A DNA stretch of 64,000 nt from positions 153,941 through 217,940 of the forward strand of contig NW_003314419.1 in the NCBI RefSeq assembly GCF_000143415.4, read 5' to 3'. This document shows positions 1 to 10,438 of the stretch, piece after piece (the stretch's first letter is position 1; every line of letters begins with the position of its first letter). The notes under the pieces were generated by a model. The model had not been told where the DNA came from, ran no database searches, and worked only from the letters and a program-made list of their open reading frames with translations. Source of the stretch: Selaginella moellendorffii (Eukaryota > Plantae > Lycopodiophyta). Made by a program: the position numbers and the translations under genes.

Positions 1-3000
1 CATCACTCTCCACACTATCAAGATTTAAACCCAATAGTAATGCCATCTCTTCTCTAATACGTCCACGCTCATGTTCAGTGGTCAAAGAACCCATCCGGTT
101 GAGCAGATTATAGAGATGCGGATAGTGCTTGGCTAGACAATATACATGCCATAAATGATGACTGGTGTCTGTCCGATCAAATGGCTTTTGATATACCGTT
201 CTATCTGCCATTTGGTCGATCTCTGCAATGAATGGCATGAGCACACACGCCATAACCGCGAGGCATTACCTATCATCTTTTCGTTGCCCTTCTTCCTTTT
301 CGAATCAAACGCCTCTAATCCCGACGACTGTCCAACGTGCTTTCGCTTTTTATGACCACTGTCAGTTTGAGCTTGGCTGGTGCTTGCCTGTTTTGCCTTT
401 GAAGAAGTGTCTCCTGCAAGGAATGGCATGAGACCACACGCCATTGCAAATATAATTTGTACCTCCTTTTTTCCTATTGCTTGTCTGTTTGTCCTTCTTC
501 GACGCGCCACCAGTGCGCTTTTTAGTCCTCGTGTCTGAATATTCATAACGATCTATAATCAAAATGGCGTGAGGCCTCACGTGACCTTACCTTGTGCAGG
601 TTGTGAGCTCGGCCCAACAGTAGTTGTTAACGCCGTTTCAACATCTAGGGGTGGCCACGCTCCTGCATACAGAGCTTGTGAGATAACATTTAAACTTAAA
701 GTGCGTACTCACCAGGTTCGCAGAGAAGATACTGTTTTTCTTTGGCAACTGTAATTATATGCTTCATTGAAGTCACCTCTTCAATGGAGTTTGTCACCGC
801 AACACACGGGACACCCTTGAGTAGTGCGGCTCGAAAGAATAGTCCGCCGCAGTTGTACTCGACAACGCATTTGCCCTTGGAGTCGGAAGCAGGTGCTATT
901 GCGTTGAAGACCCAGCTGAGCATTTCCCATGCTGCACCTGGAGCTTTCTCTGGATTCGAAAGCTCCATAGCCGTCTTCAGTTCCTCAGGCACGGGTAAAT
1001 TGACCTCCCTCAGATCAATTCGATCGGCCTTTTCGAACGAAGCTGGGAAATCACTCCAGTCCCACTCTGCTGCAGGACCAATAACAAGGGCGAGTGTGAA
1101 GATGCGGACATTCGTCAGTATCTTCTTCTTAGCCATTATCCCATGGATCTCCTGCATCTCCTTGCCTTTCAACCGAGCCTTCACCTCGTTCAAGGCCTTC
1201 CAGAACTTGTGATAGGATTCAGAGTCGTAGATCATATAGTGGACTGAAGATTCCACCTCCGCAAGTCCCACCATTAAGTCAATGACGGAGCTGATTTCGT
1301 CTGCATGAGTGATCTCTTCGTTTGTGAAGTCCATCACACAAAAGATGTTCTTGACCTACTCATCTCCGCGGGAAACGATGCTCCTCCACCTTTGATCCTC
1401 ATCCGAATTCACGTATACCCGGTAAGGTTCTCGATAGGCCTCTGCTGCGGGGTCGAGCTGTTTCTGAAGCCGGCGGTCGACATCCCTCTTAATGAAATTT
1501 GGATACTAATCCAACTTCTCAGCTTTACTTTTCGTGGCATCCTGCAGCAGATCGATGAACTTGGGGGTCCCCTTCACGTAGTCGTCGATGTCTTCATTTG
1601 ACAACTCCAGCTCTTCCATCATCTCTTGCGTGGTGTCGATGCTCACCCTCTCCACGGCCACTTGCTCGAAGATCCAATCCTTCAATAGCGCACAAGCTCT
1701 CAGAGTCGTGCACAAGTCCTCGTATGTCACAATATGGCCGGGAGTCATTTTGGTCTTGTTGAAGACTACCTCACCACGTAGAAGAGCATTAGCCACTGTC
1801 AGAAGGTCGTCGTCGTCTAGAGACCGTGAGAAACACAAGGCGTTGAGCTTCAAATCATTGGGCTTCCGGCCGTCCTCCACACCCATTGAGTTTAGCAACT
1901 CCCCGTCATGGTACCTCCTCAGCACATCTACCCATTTGTCGAAAACAACTTTTGTCGCGAGTAGAATGTTATGGATGCTAAGTGTGTCATTGACCCCTAG
2001 TGTTTTCGAGAGAAGACTCGAGAATTCCTGCAATGGAAATGGCGTGAGGCCACATGCTATGCCACATGCAACAAGGCTTACCTGCCAGGCGCTAGTTGCT
2101 AGTGCACGTCCTTGTCCTGGTTTTTGTGGCTTCTTCAGTTGAACCCAGAGCTTCCGTGTTCGTGCCAATGTCTCGTGCAGACCCGATTTGTAGCACGTTT
2201 CTTGCTTGACATTCTGCGCGTGGGAGATGGATATGATAGATCGGAGGGGCGAGTTGCCTTTTATCAGGCGGACAACTCTTGTCTTGAAGACTTTCTTCAC
2301 CTCCTCGCCCACCATAATATCCAATACTATCTCTTGCATCGCCAAGCTAGAATGCTGCCCGGAGACGGCATAGAACCGGATGTTCTGATCGTTCAACACC
2401 TTCCTATTGATCAAGTCTGGAAACCTCGTCTCGCCCTTCATTGTTCGGTAGTAGGGGATCACGTCTGCGATGTCGGGTGTTACTGGACTTGCCAGCATCT
2501 TCTGCTTCAGTTTCTCCACCCACTCATCAGATACTAGCCTGTGGTTGTATTTGCTTTGGATGTCGATACAGCTCACGTCGATTGTATATACTTTGTTGGA
2601 ATAGTAACAAGTACTATTATCTGCAATGATTTTTGCTGCCTCTTATTGCTCTTTCTTCTCTTTGCGGCTCTTCTTTTTGGTGGGTGTAGTGTTCGAACCC
2701 GAGGCAATGGCATCACCGAGTAGCTTCTTTTTTGGAGCAAGAGAGTCGGACGTCGACTTGAGCTTGACCACCCTTTTCTGCTTCGGGGTAGTTTCCAGAT
2801 CGACCCCCTTCCCCTTCGCTTCGCGAACTGGAGGCACTCTCAACGGCTCAATGTTGGAATATAGTTTTTGAACATTGCCGTAGGTGAGGTCCGTGGATTC
2901 CATGTGATCTTCATAGACCCGTAGCGTCTTTGAAATTGTGGGCCTCCTGGACAACCTCTCCCTAGCTCCCTCTAGGAATTCCTCATAGCCGCTACCCCCC

Positions 3001-3500
3001 TCTAGGAAGCCGCTAGGATGTGCAAGGTGGATCTTGAAGGCGGACGCTGTCTCTACCACAAGTGCCAGTCCATATTCTTGCATGGAACTGCATGGAGTGT
3101 CTGTCACTTGGATGAGGATCCCCATGCATTCTTTTCTCCCACCATCTGTGTTGTACAGCCTCAGATCCTCGCCTTCCATCCCGAAAGTCCAACTGGTGAG
3201 CTCCTCCCCCTTCTCTGCATCCACATTGACAGTGGCTGGAAGAAGAATGCAATTCCTTGCCTGTTCAGAAATGCACAACAATTAGAGCTGACAGATGAAA
3301 AGCTAGCAGTTGGAAATAACGTGAGGCCACACGCCATTCACGACTTCATCAGATGTCTTGAGGCTGCATCCTAAGATGGCGTGAGGCTACACGCCATCTG
3401 TAACCAGACTGCACTCGAGAGCCCAATCGGTGCATGCCAATGTTGCTACTGAATGGCATGTGGCCTCATGCCATTTTCTACTTGGCCTAAAAGACTTACC
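1..3500 (-). pseudogene. Multi-exon gene, continuing past the window start, for a ParB/Srx-like domain plus degenerate beta-class N6A/N4C DNA methyltransferase-like fusion protein; 3 in-frame stops
   Basis: ORFs 2643-3281, 1506-2576 and 696-1337 share one frame and are separated only by single stops at 2643, 1506 and 1356. GT-AG introns at 2028-2081, 663-712, 553-590, 414-462 and 223-269 keep the frame open to base 1. ParB-like motifs: YTIDVSCIDI..NHR..WVEKLKQKM and FYAVSGQHSSLA. MTase-like C-terminus: NPEKAP..WVF..SKGKCVVEYNCGG..AALLKGVPCVAV. The exon structure upstream of 3260 is uncertain. Confidence 0.7.
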
Positions 3501-4224
3501 ATTTGAAGCTGAATGGAGGCTGTGACAATCGAGGCCGGACTCGCTGGCGAATGTGCACTGTGTGTGCAGCGGATCGTAACAGCAAGGCTACTCTGCCACT
3601 TACAGTTGGAGAGTGGCGCTGAAATCTCCCGGGACGCCAAGTGGGCTGCGTGTGGGTGGCGGAGTGGGCGGCGGAGTTGGCGGCGAAGTTACAAACTGGG
3701 TGTGTCTTGAAGTGGACGCCGATGCACACGAGCGCGATGCGAGCGCGAGTGTGATGCAAGCGCGAGTGGACGCTGATGCACACAAGAAACTTGTAGAGAA
3801 GGTAGATGAGCGCGAATGTGAGCGTGATCGCGAGTGGGAGCGCAATGCGAGCGCGAGCGCGAGTGTGCGAGCGCGAGTACGAAGCAAAATGCAAAACCTA
3901 ACCTCACACGCGCGAAATGTCACAATGGTTGGTAATCCCGCCACGTCATCATTCCTCGGACTTGGGCGCCACCATTAATTTCTGGATTGCCACGCGCATG
4001 CAAGCACGCAAAATCCAAAAGAAATCCGCAACGTCATCATTCCTCGGACTGCATGCACGCAAAATCCAAAAGAAAGATCATGATTGGGATATCATTTAAT
4101 ACCCTCGCTATATTTATACCATGCATGATTGGATATTCCAAAGCATCTTGTATTTCCAAAAATGGCAAATGTTCAGCTAAATAAAGAAATTCTATCTGTT
4201 TCTATTTTTCTCTCAAATCAATAT

Positions 4225-5553
4225 TATAGCGTGTGGGCTCATGCAATTTTGAACCAAAGAAATCCAAAAAACGTTGGACCCAAAATATTTTGAAAAAACC
4301 CAAAAAAACCTAAACATTTTAAACCAAAAAATCCAGGCGTCCTGTGGCGTTATTCCTTGAATGGCGTGTGGGCGCATGCCATTTTCAGGGCCAAATGCTG
4401 AATGGAGAAAAATTCCCTTTCAGTGCAAATGCTGCAAGAGGCAGATGCCGAGCACAAAGGACTGTAACTACCTCACATGACACAGATAAACTTTTCTCTA
4501 TTTGGCAAAGATAAACTTTATAGCGTGTGGGCTCATGCAATTTTGAACCCAAAAAATGCACCAAAAAATTCTCGGCGTCATGTAGCGTTATCTCTTGAAT
4601 GGCGTGGGGCCGCATGCCATTTTCAGGGGCACATAGGAGTATATTCCTAGGATATTCTGACACGCGCGAGATTTTTTTGAGTTTTCTGGAGATCCAACCG
4701 TTAGATCGCAACTAGATTTTACAGAATGGTATACAATGTCTTTCTTGATGACCCTGCAAAGAAGCATCTCGATTGGACACCACATGAGACCACACGAGCC
4801 TTACAATGTTTCAGGGGCATTTGCCATAGATCCGACCGTTATTTTGCTCCAAGATTTTACAGTTTGGTGTGCATTGACCTTTCCATCGACACTGAAAAGG
4901 GATATCACAATCAGATGTGGGATCACAAGAAACTAACTTCACTAACTCTGGTTTCACCAAGATCTACGTAAGGAGTTATGAAATGAAAGGACCCTCTTTA
5001 TTGAAATGTGTTTATGGTCCTAGGGGCATTGTGACATATCAAAGGATTTTGCATCAAGTTCTGTATTTGTATGTTTATCAAGCTACTGAATTGCTAAACC
5101 CTAAACCCTAAACCCTAAACATGTGGCAAATGCTGCGTGAAGAAAGATGCCCTTTCTGGGCAAATGCTGTAAGAGGCAGATGCCGAGCAGATGTATCTCA
5201 GGCTAGCGAAGGGGACAAACGAAAGCTAGCTATAAACATGACGGGATGCAAATAGATTACTAGGCTGGTCCTGCGAAAATCAAAAACCATAATTGAAAAC
5301 ATTGAAAATGCAAAAAGAAAGGTTTATAATATTTTTGAATTTTAAGCAACCAAAGGAATGTAAGTAGGGCATGTGTTTGTAAGTTTAAAAATGCCTCAAC
5401 CACTTAAATTCCCAAGTAAATAAAGCTGTTTTTATTTTTGGTACAGGTAAACTTTATAGCGTGTGGGCTCATGCAATTTTGAACCCAAAAGTGCACCAAA
5501 AAATGCTCGACTAGCATTATTCTTTGAATGGCGTGTGGCCTTATATTGCCATA
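4225..5553 (+). repeat. Three copies of a ~100-160 bp module, each carrying two palindromes, in the divergent intergenic region
   Basis: tatagcgtgtgggctcatgcaattttgaacc...ttgaatggcgtg recurs at 4225-4383, 4519-4621 and 5455-5553. Confidence 0.8.
5094..5120 (+). repeat. Interstitial plant telomeric repeat (CCCTAAA) x~4 / telo-box cluster
   Basis: ctaaaccctaaaccctaaaccctaaac. Confidence 0.9.
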
Positions 5554-6398
5554 AATGGACGTACACACATAGCATAATTATTCCTTTACACGGCGAATAA
5601 TCTTGGCGCGGATCGCTGACATGGCATGGCAAAGTTCGAATCACTGACATGGCACAGCTGGATCGAGGCAAGGACATGATGTGACAAAGTTCAACCTCCG
5701 ACAGCAAAGTCTAGAAGCTACTCAGTTTGAAATTTGTCAGAGGAGTCATAAGATCTGGTTTGTCAGAGGATTTGATGTGACATTCAAGCGTGTGTTATTT
5801 TTGAATTCTCGAACTCATTCCTAGGTCTATCATTTTTGTGCGCCGTGTTCTTGGTTCCGCTGAGCACAGTGAGCGCTGCTTGTGTAAGCGGCGTTGTGAG
5901 CTGTGGTTTATGCGTCTACGAGCGGTTGCGACATTGCGAGCGCCATTGCGAGTGGCAGTTTGTGCGAGCGGCGCTACGAGCAGTTGCGGTGTTGCGAGCG
6001 GCGCTACGAGCAGTTGCGGTGTTGCGAGCGGCACTGTCTTTGGTGTGGCTACCGCTTCCTCTTGATATTCGGCACTTGTGCTTCCTGGTATGTTCACCAT
6101 GGAATGGCTTAGGACCACATTTAGAAATGGCATGAGGCCACATGCCATCTTGGGCCCTTGCAATTTCATGGCTAGCGTATTGTCATGTATGTTTTTACTT
6201 GCCTGCAGTTGTGTGTATATCAAGATGGCATGAGGGCTCATGCCAATTTTGTGAATGCGAAATTTCACGTGGGTGTCAATAGCATGTTTGAATAATGGCA
6301 TGTGGCCTCATGCTATTGAGGTTGTTTGGTATGTTATGATTTAGGCCATTCTCCAATCATTTTTTGTATGGTCTTAACTTCTTTTCTGCACTTTCAGA

Positions 6399-9300
6399 AT
6401 GGCCTTCAGGGTTGGGGAAAAGGTTTACATTTTGAATGGTGGGAAAAGAGTTGCAAAAGGGACCCTTGTGTCTATGGATCGGAACTTTGTTATACACTGT
6501 CAAAGGCTTGGGGAAGGCAATGCTGCTGTATCAGTAGAGACTGTCTTCGATGGGAATGTGGTCGCTATTGAACGAGGAGAGATGGTCGTCGGGGTAAATG
6601 TTGTTGTTGCCTTGAAAAATCTTCAGAAGAAAGCAGATGTTGGGGACAGTGCAAGTGCGACGCATGTTCCCTCCGTGGATCTTAAGAACCGTGCTACATG
6701 GATTCAGGCAAAGGTGTTTCTAAACAACCCCGAGGGGGAGGTGGTAGCTGAGGGCTTAGCCACAGTTGTCGATCCAAGAGATGCGGTTGCTAATCAAGAA
6801 TTGGGCTGGGATGATATTGGAGTTGCGATTTTAGAGGTTGTTGACACAGAAGAAAATAGTCTGACTATTGGAAGCATTGTGCGGTGGAAATTGAGGCACT
6901 TAGTGTTTGAGAATGTGAAGGATTCACAATCAAACACCACTACAACTGATGACAGAACATCTCTTCATGGGAAAAGAAAGTACACCTTCCTAAAGCGCAG
7001 CCAAAGGGATCTGAGCAACGAACCGAAAAGGCAGAAAATGGCGATGGAGGTTCGAATGGTCTCGACAGTTGCTTGTTGCAAGAGGAGGTGCTGTCAACAT
7101 GCTGATTGGGATGCTATTGAAGAGGAGAGAGCAAGATACAAGACATTGTCCTGGAAGGCAGCTCGCAATTTTGTGTATGAGGCATTACGGTCATCTGTTA
7201 ATGCTTCAGAACATCAGGTGGGGGGCATGGTCTTCCAGAGGGGTTTGGTTTGCATGAAGGCATGGAGAATCATTTATGGAGTCCCTCGAACCACATTCTA
7301 CAGAATCAAAACTGAGTTCGAGGAACAAAGGGTTCAACAGGCAGTCCATAGGAACGACGGTACGCACAAAACCAGGGGTCATGTTGTATATGGAGAGGCA
7401 ATCTTCAAGAGGTTTGTCGAGACATGTAGCGAGCAGCAACCACATAAAACCCGCCTCTTGGAAGATGGAACACGAGACACCCAACGAGTTCTCCCTTCCA
7501 TGTATACCAAGGGGGCCATATTGGAAGATGTGAATCGAGAACTCTAGAGTAATGGCTACAGGAAGCTGAGCCAATCTAGATTTAGTAGATTGTGGAGCAA
7601 CAGGTTCAGGGATGTGAGTATAGGAAAGTACTCCAGCTTTTCAAAGTGTGATGAGTGCACTGCTATCAAAATGGCTTTGTCGAAGAATTCTTGCAGCGCT
7701 CAAGAGCGAGAGACGTTGGTTAGAAGGCGGCTCGACCACAACATCGAGCAGAGAAGCTGCAGGACTGCATATTATCATAACAGGATTCTCTCCATGGAGA
7801 GACCTGACTCTTACCTCTGCATCATCCATGACAAAATGGACCAGAAAAAGACGTGCTTACCTCGACTCAATCCTGCCCCCAAGGCAATCTCTTCATCCAT
7901 GCAGCTGCCTGTGTCCCTGTTTGGCATAATCGCTCATGGGCATGGTGCCCAGAACTATGGGAACTTCTTTGTACCTCTATGGGGTGGCGGGGGTGCAAAC
8001 ATGATGATTGCGTCCCTAGCAAAACACTTAAGGTCTCTGCAAAGTGCGCAGACTAAGCTGAACGGCCAACCCTTGCATAAGGCCTTTGTCGATCGAACCC
8101 CATACAGGGTTCAGCTGGAGGAGGAGCAAAGGCTTGCAGTATCGCGTGGGGCCCCATGCCATCCCAGTGAATATGTTGGCCGTTAGATTGTAGGGTTATC
8201 ACGTGAGGCCTCATGCCATTCCGACGAGGCTGGTCGCCCGATGAATGCACAGCCTCATCCAAACGAAGCAGAATCTCAAGGAAGTTCTTGCGGCCGATGT
8301 GGCCTTCCACCCCATCTTCTGCTCCAAACAGACAATGCTGGCAGTGAGAACAAAAACATGTACATCTTCGCGTACTTGGCGATGCTTGTTGCCAAAGGCA
8401 TATTTGAAACGGTTACACTTGGCTTTCTCATGGTTGGGCACACTCATGAAGACGTCGATGCCATGTTCAGTCACCTGGCAGAGTCCCTCCGGCAATCCAA
8501 TGTCCTCACCCTCCCACAACTCTACGATGAATTCCAAAATTGCATCAAAGGCACTGTTGAAGCTGCACTTCTGACAGAGGTTCCAGACTTTAAGGGGTTT
8601 GTAAGAGGCTACATCAGGGACGGATCCGAAACGCTGATTGGCCACTCCAAGCCTCTTCAGTTTCATTTCAACATGTGTGACGGTGCTCCAGTGATGAGGT
8701 ACAAGATGAGAGAATGGGACACAGTGTGGCTGCCAGTGGACGGCATTGAACTCTTCAAGAGAGATCCCATAACTGGGGAACCTATGATTCCTCAAGGTTC
8801 CCCACGGCCGATGCACCTGGATGGACTCAAAGACCAGGAAAGTATAGTGGCCGGGATTAGACAGCATATTGCCTTCTGGAAGAGGGGGTTGGTGTTTGGT
8901 GGAGAATCCTATTTTCAGAGGTGCAAGCCTTTGCTCGAATACTGGGAGAAAATTATATCTGCTATCCAAAATGGGCCGGTTGTATATGAAGAATTGGAAG
9001 AGTCCTTTTGGCCAGAACCCAGAGCACCAGATAGTAGCGGAACAATGTCCTCTGGAAATACAGTGACAGATAACGATGTTGAGGATCACTATTGTGGGCT
9101 GAGGAACAAGAAGCCGGATTCAGCATTCAATCCAGTACAGGTCTGCAAAGGAATGGTCGTGCTTGTCAGACCCAATAATAAAAAACAAATGATATGGGTG
9201 GGGCGCTACATCACTGATGCAGAGGAGGACGCAGAAACTAACTCCTTCAATGTAGCTGTGGAGTGGTTCAAGCCAAGTTCCGGATATACGAAGGATTGCC

Positions 9301-9540
9301 TAGAAAAGAGATGGGTGCTGAATCCAAGGGATCCCAGCATGAGCATATCGGTGGATAATGTTGTGCATGGTTGGATGTGGAAGCAGAGTGCCACCATCAC
9401 CTTGCCAGACCATGCAAGAGATGCAGCAAGAGCATTCATAACCCGGGTTCAAGGTGAGATTCATTAATATTCCTTTACTAAGTTTCTAATGTATTTTATT
9501 TCAAGGTGAACAATCCGAATCTGAATCAGAGGAGGCGTGA
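6399..9540 (+). pseudogene. Sola-like DDD transposase with two N-terminal En/Spm(Tnp1)-like domains, Cys-rich segments and a C-terminal beta-barrel-like domain; 2 in-frame stops
   Basis: ORFs 6399-7547, 7590-8186 and 8241-9467 are co-frame, interrupted by TAG at 7545 and 8184. Motifs: CCKRRCC, FSKCDEC, IIHDKMDQ, LLQTDNAGSENKN, FLMVGHTHEDVDAMFS. There is an upstream intron (6329-6397) and a probable last intron (9454-9505) giving a terminal exon EQSESESEEA*. Confidence 0.8.
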
Positions 9541-10180
9541 TGGCATGTGGCCTTACGCCATTCCTAGGTGAGATGATACAAATAACAAGTATAAATTCTT
9601 AGTTGTTCTAGCAAATCTTACTTAAAGTTCAAGGTGAACAAGCCGAATATGAATTCATCGGATTGTTATAACAAATTGCGAGGTGATGGCATGAGGCGAT
9701 ACGCCATTTGAGAGTGGTAGCCATTCCTATATGAGGTGAGTGAAATATTTATTAGAAATACCTCATTCAATTGTGCACTTCTAAGTCTTGGTCCACTCAG
9801 TACTGTTTGCATGTTTTTATTTTAATTCTTTCTCTAAAATGTTATTTAGCATGTGGCTTCATGCCATTGCTCTCCACAATCATGCATTGAATTTTTCTAT
9901 CCTTGCATAATACTTCTCCATATATATAGCATGTGCGCACATGTGATATGGTTCATTAGGCCTGATATAGTGTGTGAGGTAAAACAAAGATGATGTGACA
10001 TATGCATTTACCAATCATACGTGCATAAATCTAATAATATGGCATGTGGCCCATATTAATGGCATATAAACCCATATTGTGGGCTTACGTGCTTTATGTA
10101 CCATCATTCCCTTGCAGCGTGTGTGTTGGTTTCCTTTTATAACACAACGAACTCCATATTTTAGGGTGAAGAGCGTTCTC

Positions 10181-10438
10181 ATGGCAAGCACAAAATCTGT
10201 AAGTGAGGCAGAAAAGGAGATGGAGAAGGAGATAGGTGAAGATGTAGAATATATAAGTCTTCCAAACTCCCCGTACTATACTCTAGGTGATCATTTTTCT
10301 GAACAAACGACAACATTAACAACTATCGAGAACACCCCAGTAACGTCAGAGACAACAATCCAAAGCAAAACAACTGACCCGGAGAAGGATGATAGTACCA
10401 CTGAGAGTACCAAAAAGGAGGTGTCCACTAGCGCTTAG
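10181..10438 (+). CDS. Small acidic, Thr-rich hypothetical ORF within the palindrome-bearing unit
   Basis: ATG-started ORF MASTKSVSEAEKEMEKEIGEDVEY..., with palindromes upstream (10038) and immediately after the stop (10445). No homology recognised. Confidence 0.3.
   Translation: MASTKSVSEAEKEMEKEIGEDVEYISLPNSPYYTLGDHFSEQTTTLTTIENTPVTSETTIQSKTTDPEKDDSTTESTKKEVSTSA

Noticed and set aside
742-2537. Plus-strand ORFs (742-1212, 1588-2142, 2112-2537)
   Set aside because: Antisense shadows of the minus-strand gene, which is supported by splice sites and motifs.
3496-3978. Overlapping Arg/Ala/Ser-rich ORFs (also 5795-6301)
   Set aside because: They arise from CG-rich GCGAGC repeats that lack stops; no recognisable domain.
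7545-8186. Programmed stop-codon readthrough in the transposase
   Set aside because: Five scattered stops across two genes are more simply explained by C>T decay, and no shared readthrough context was seen.
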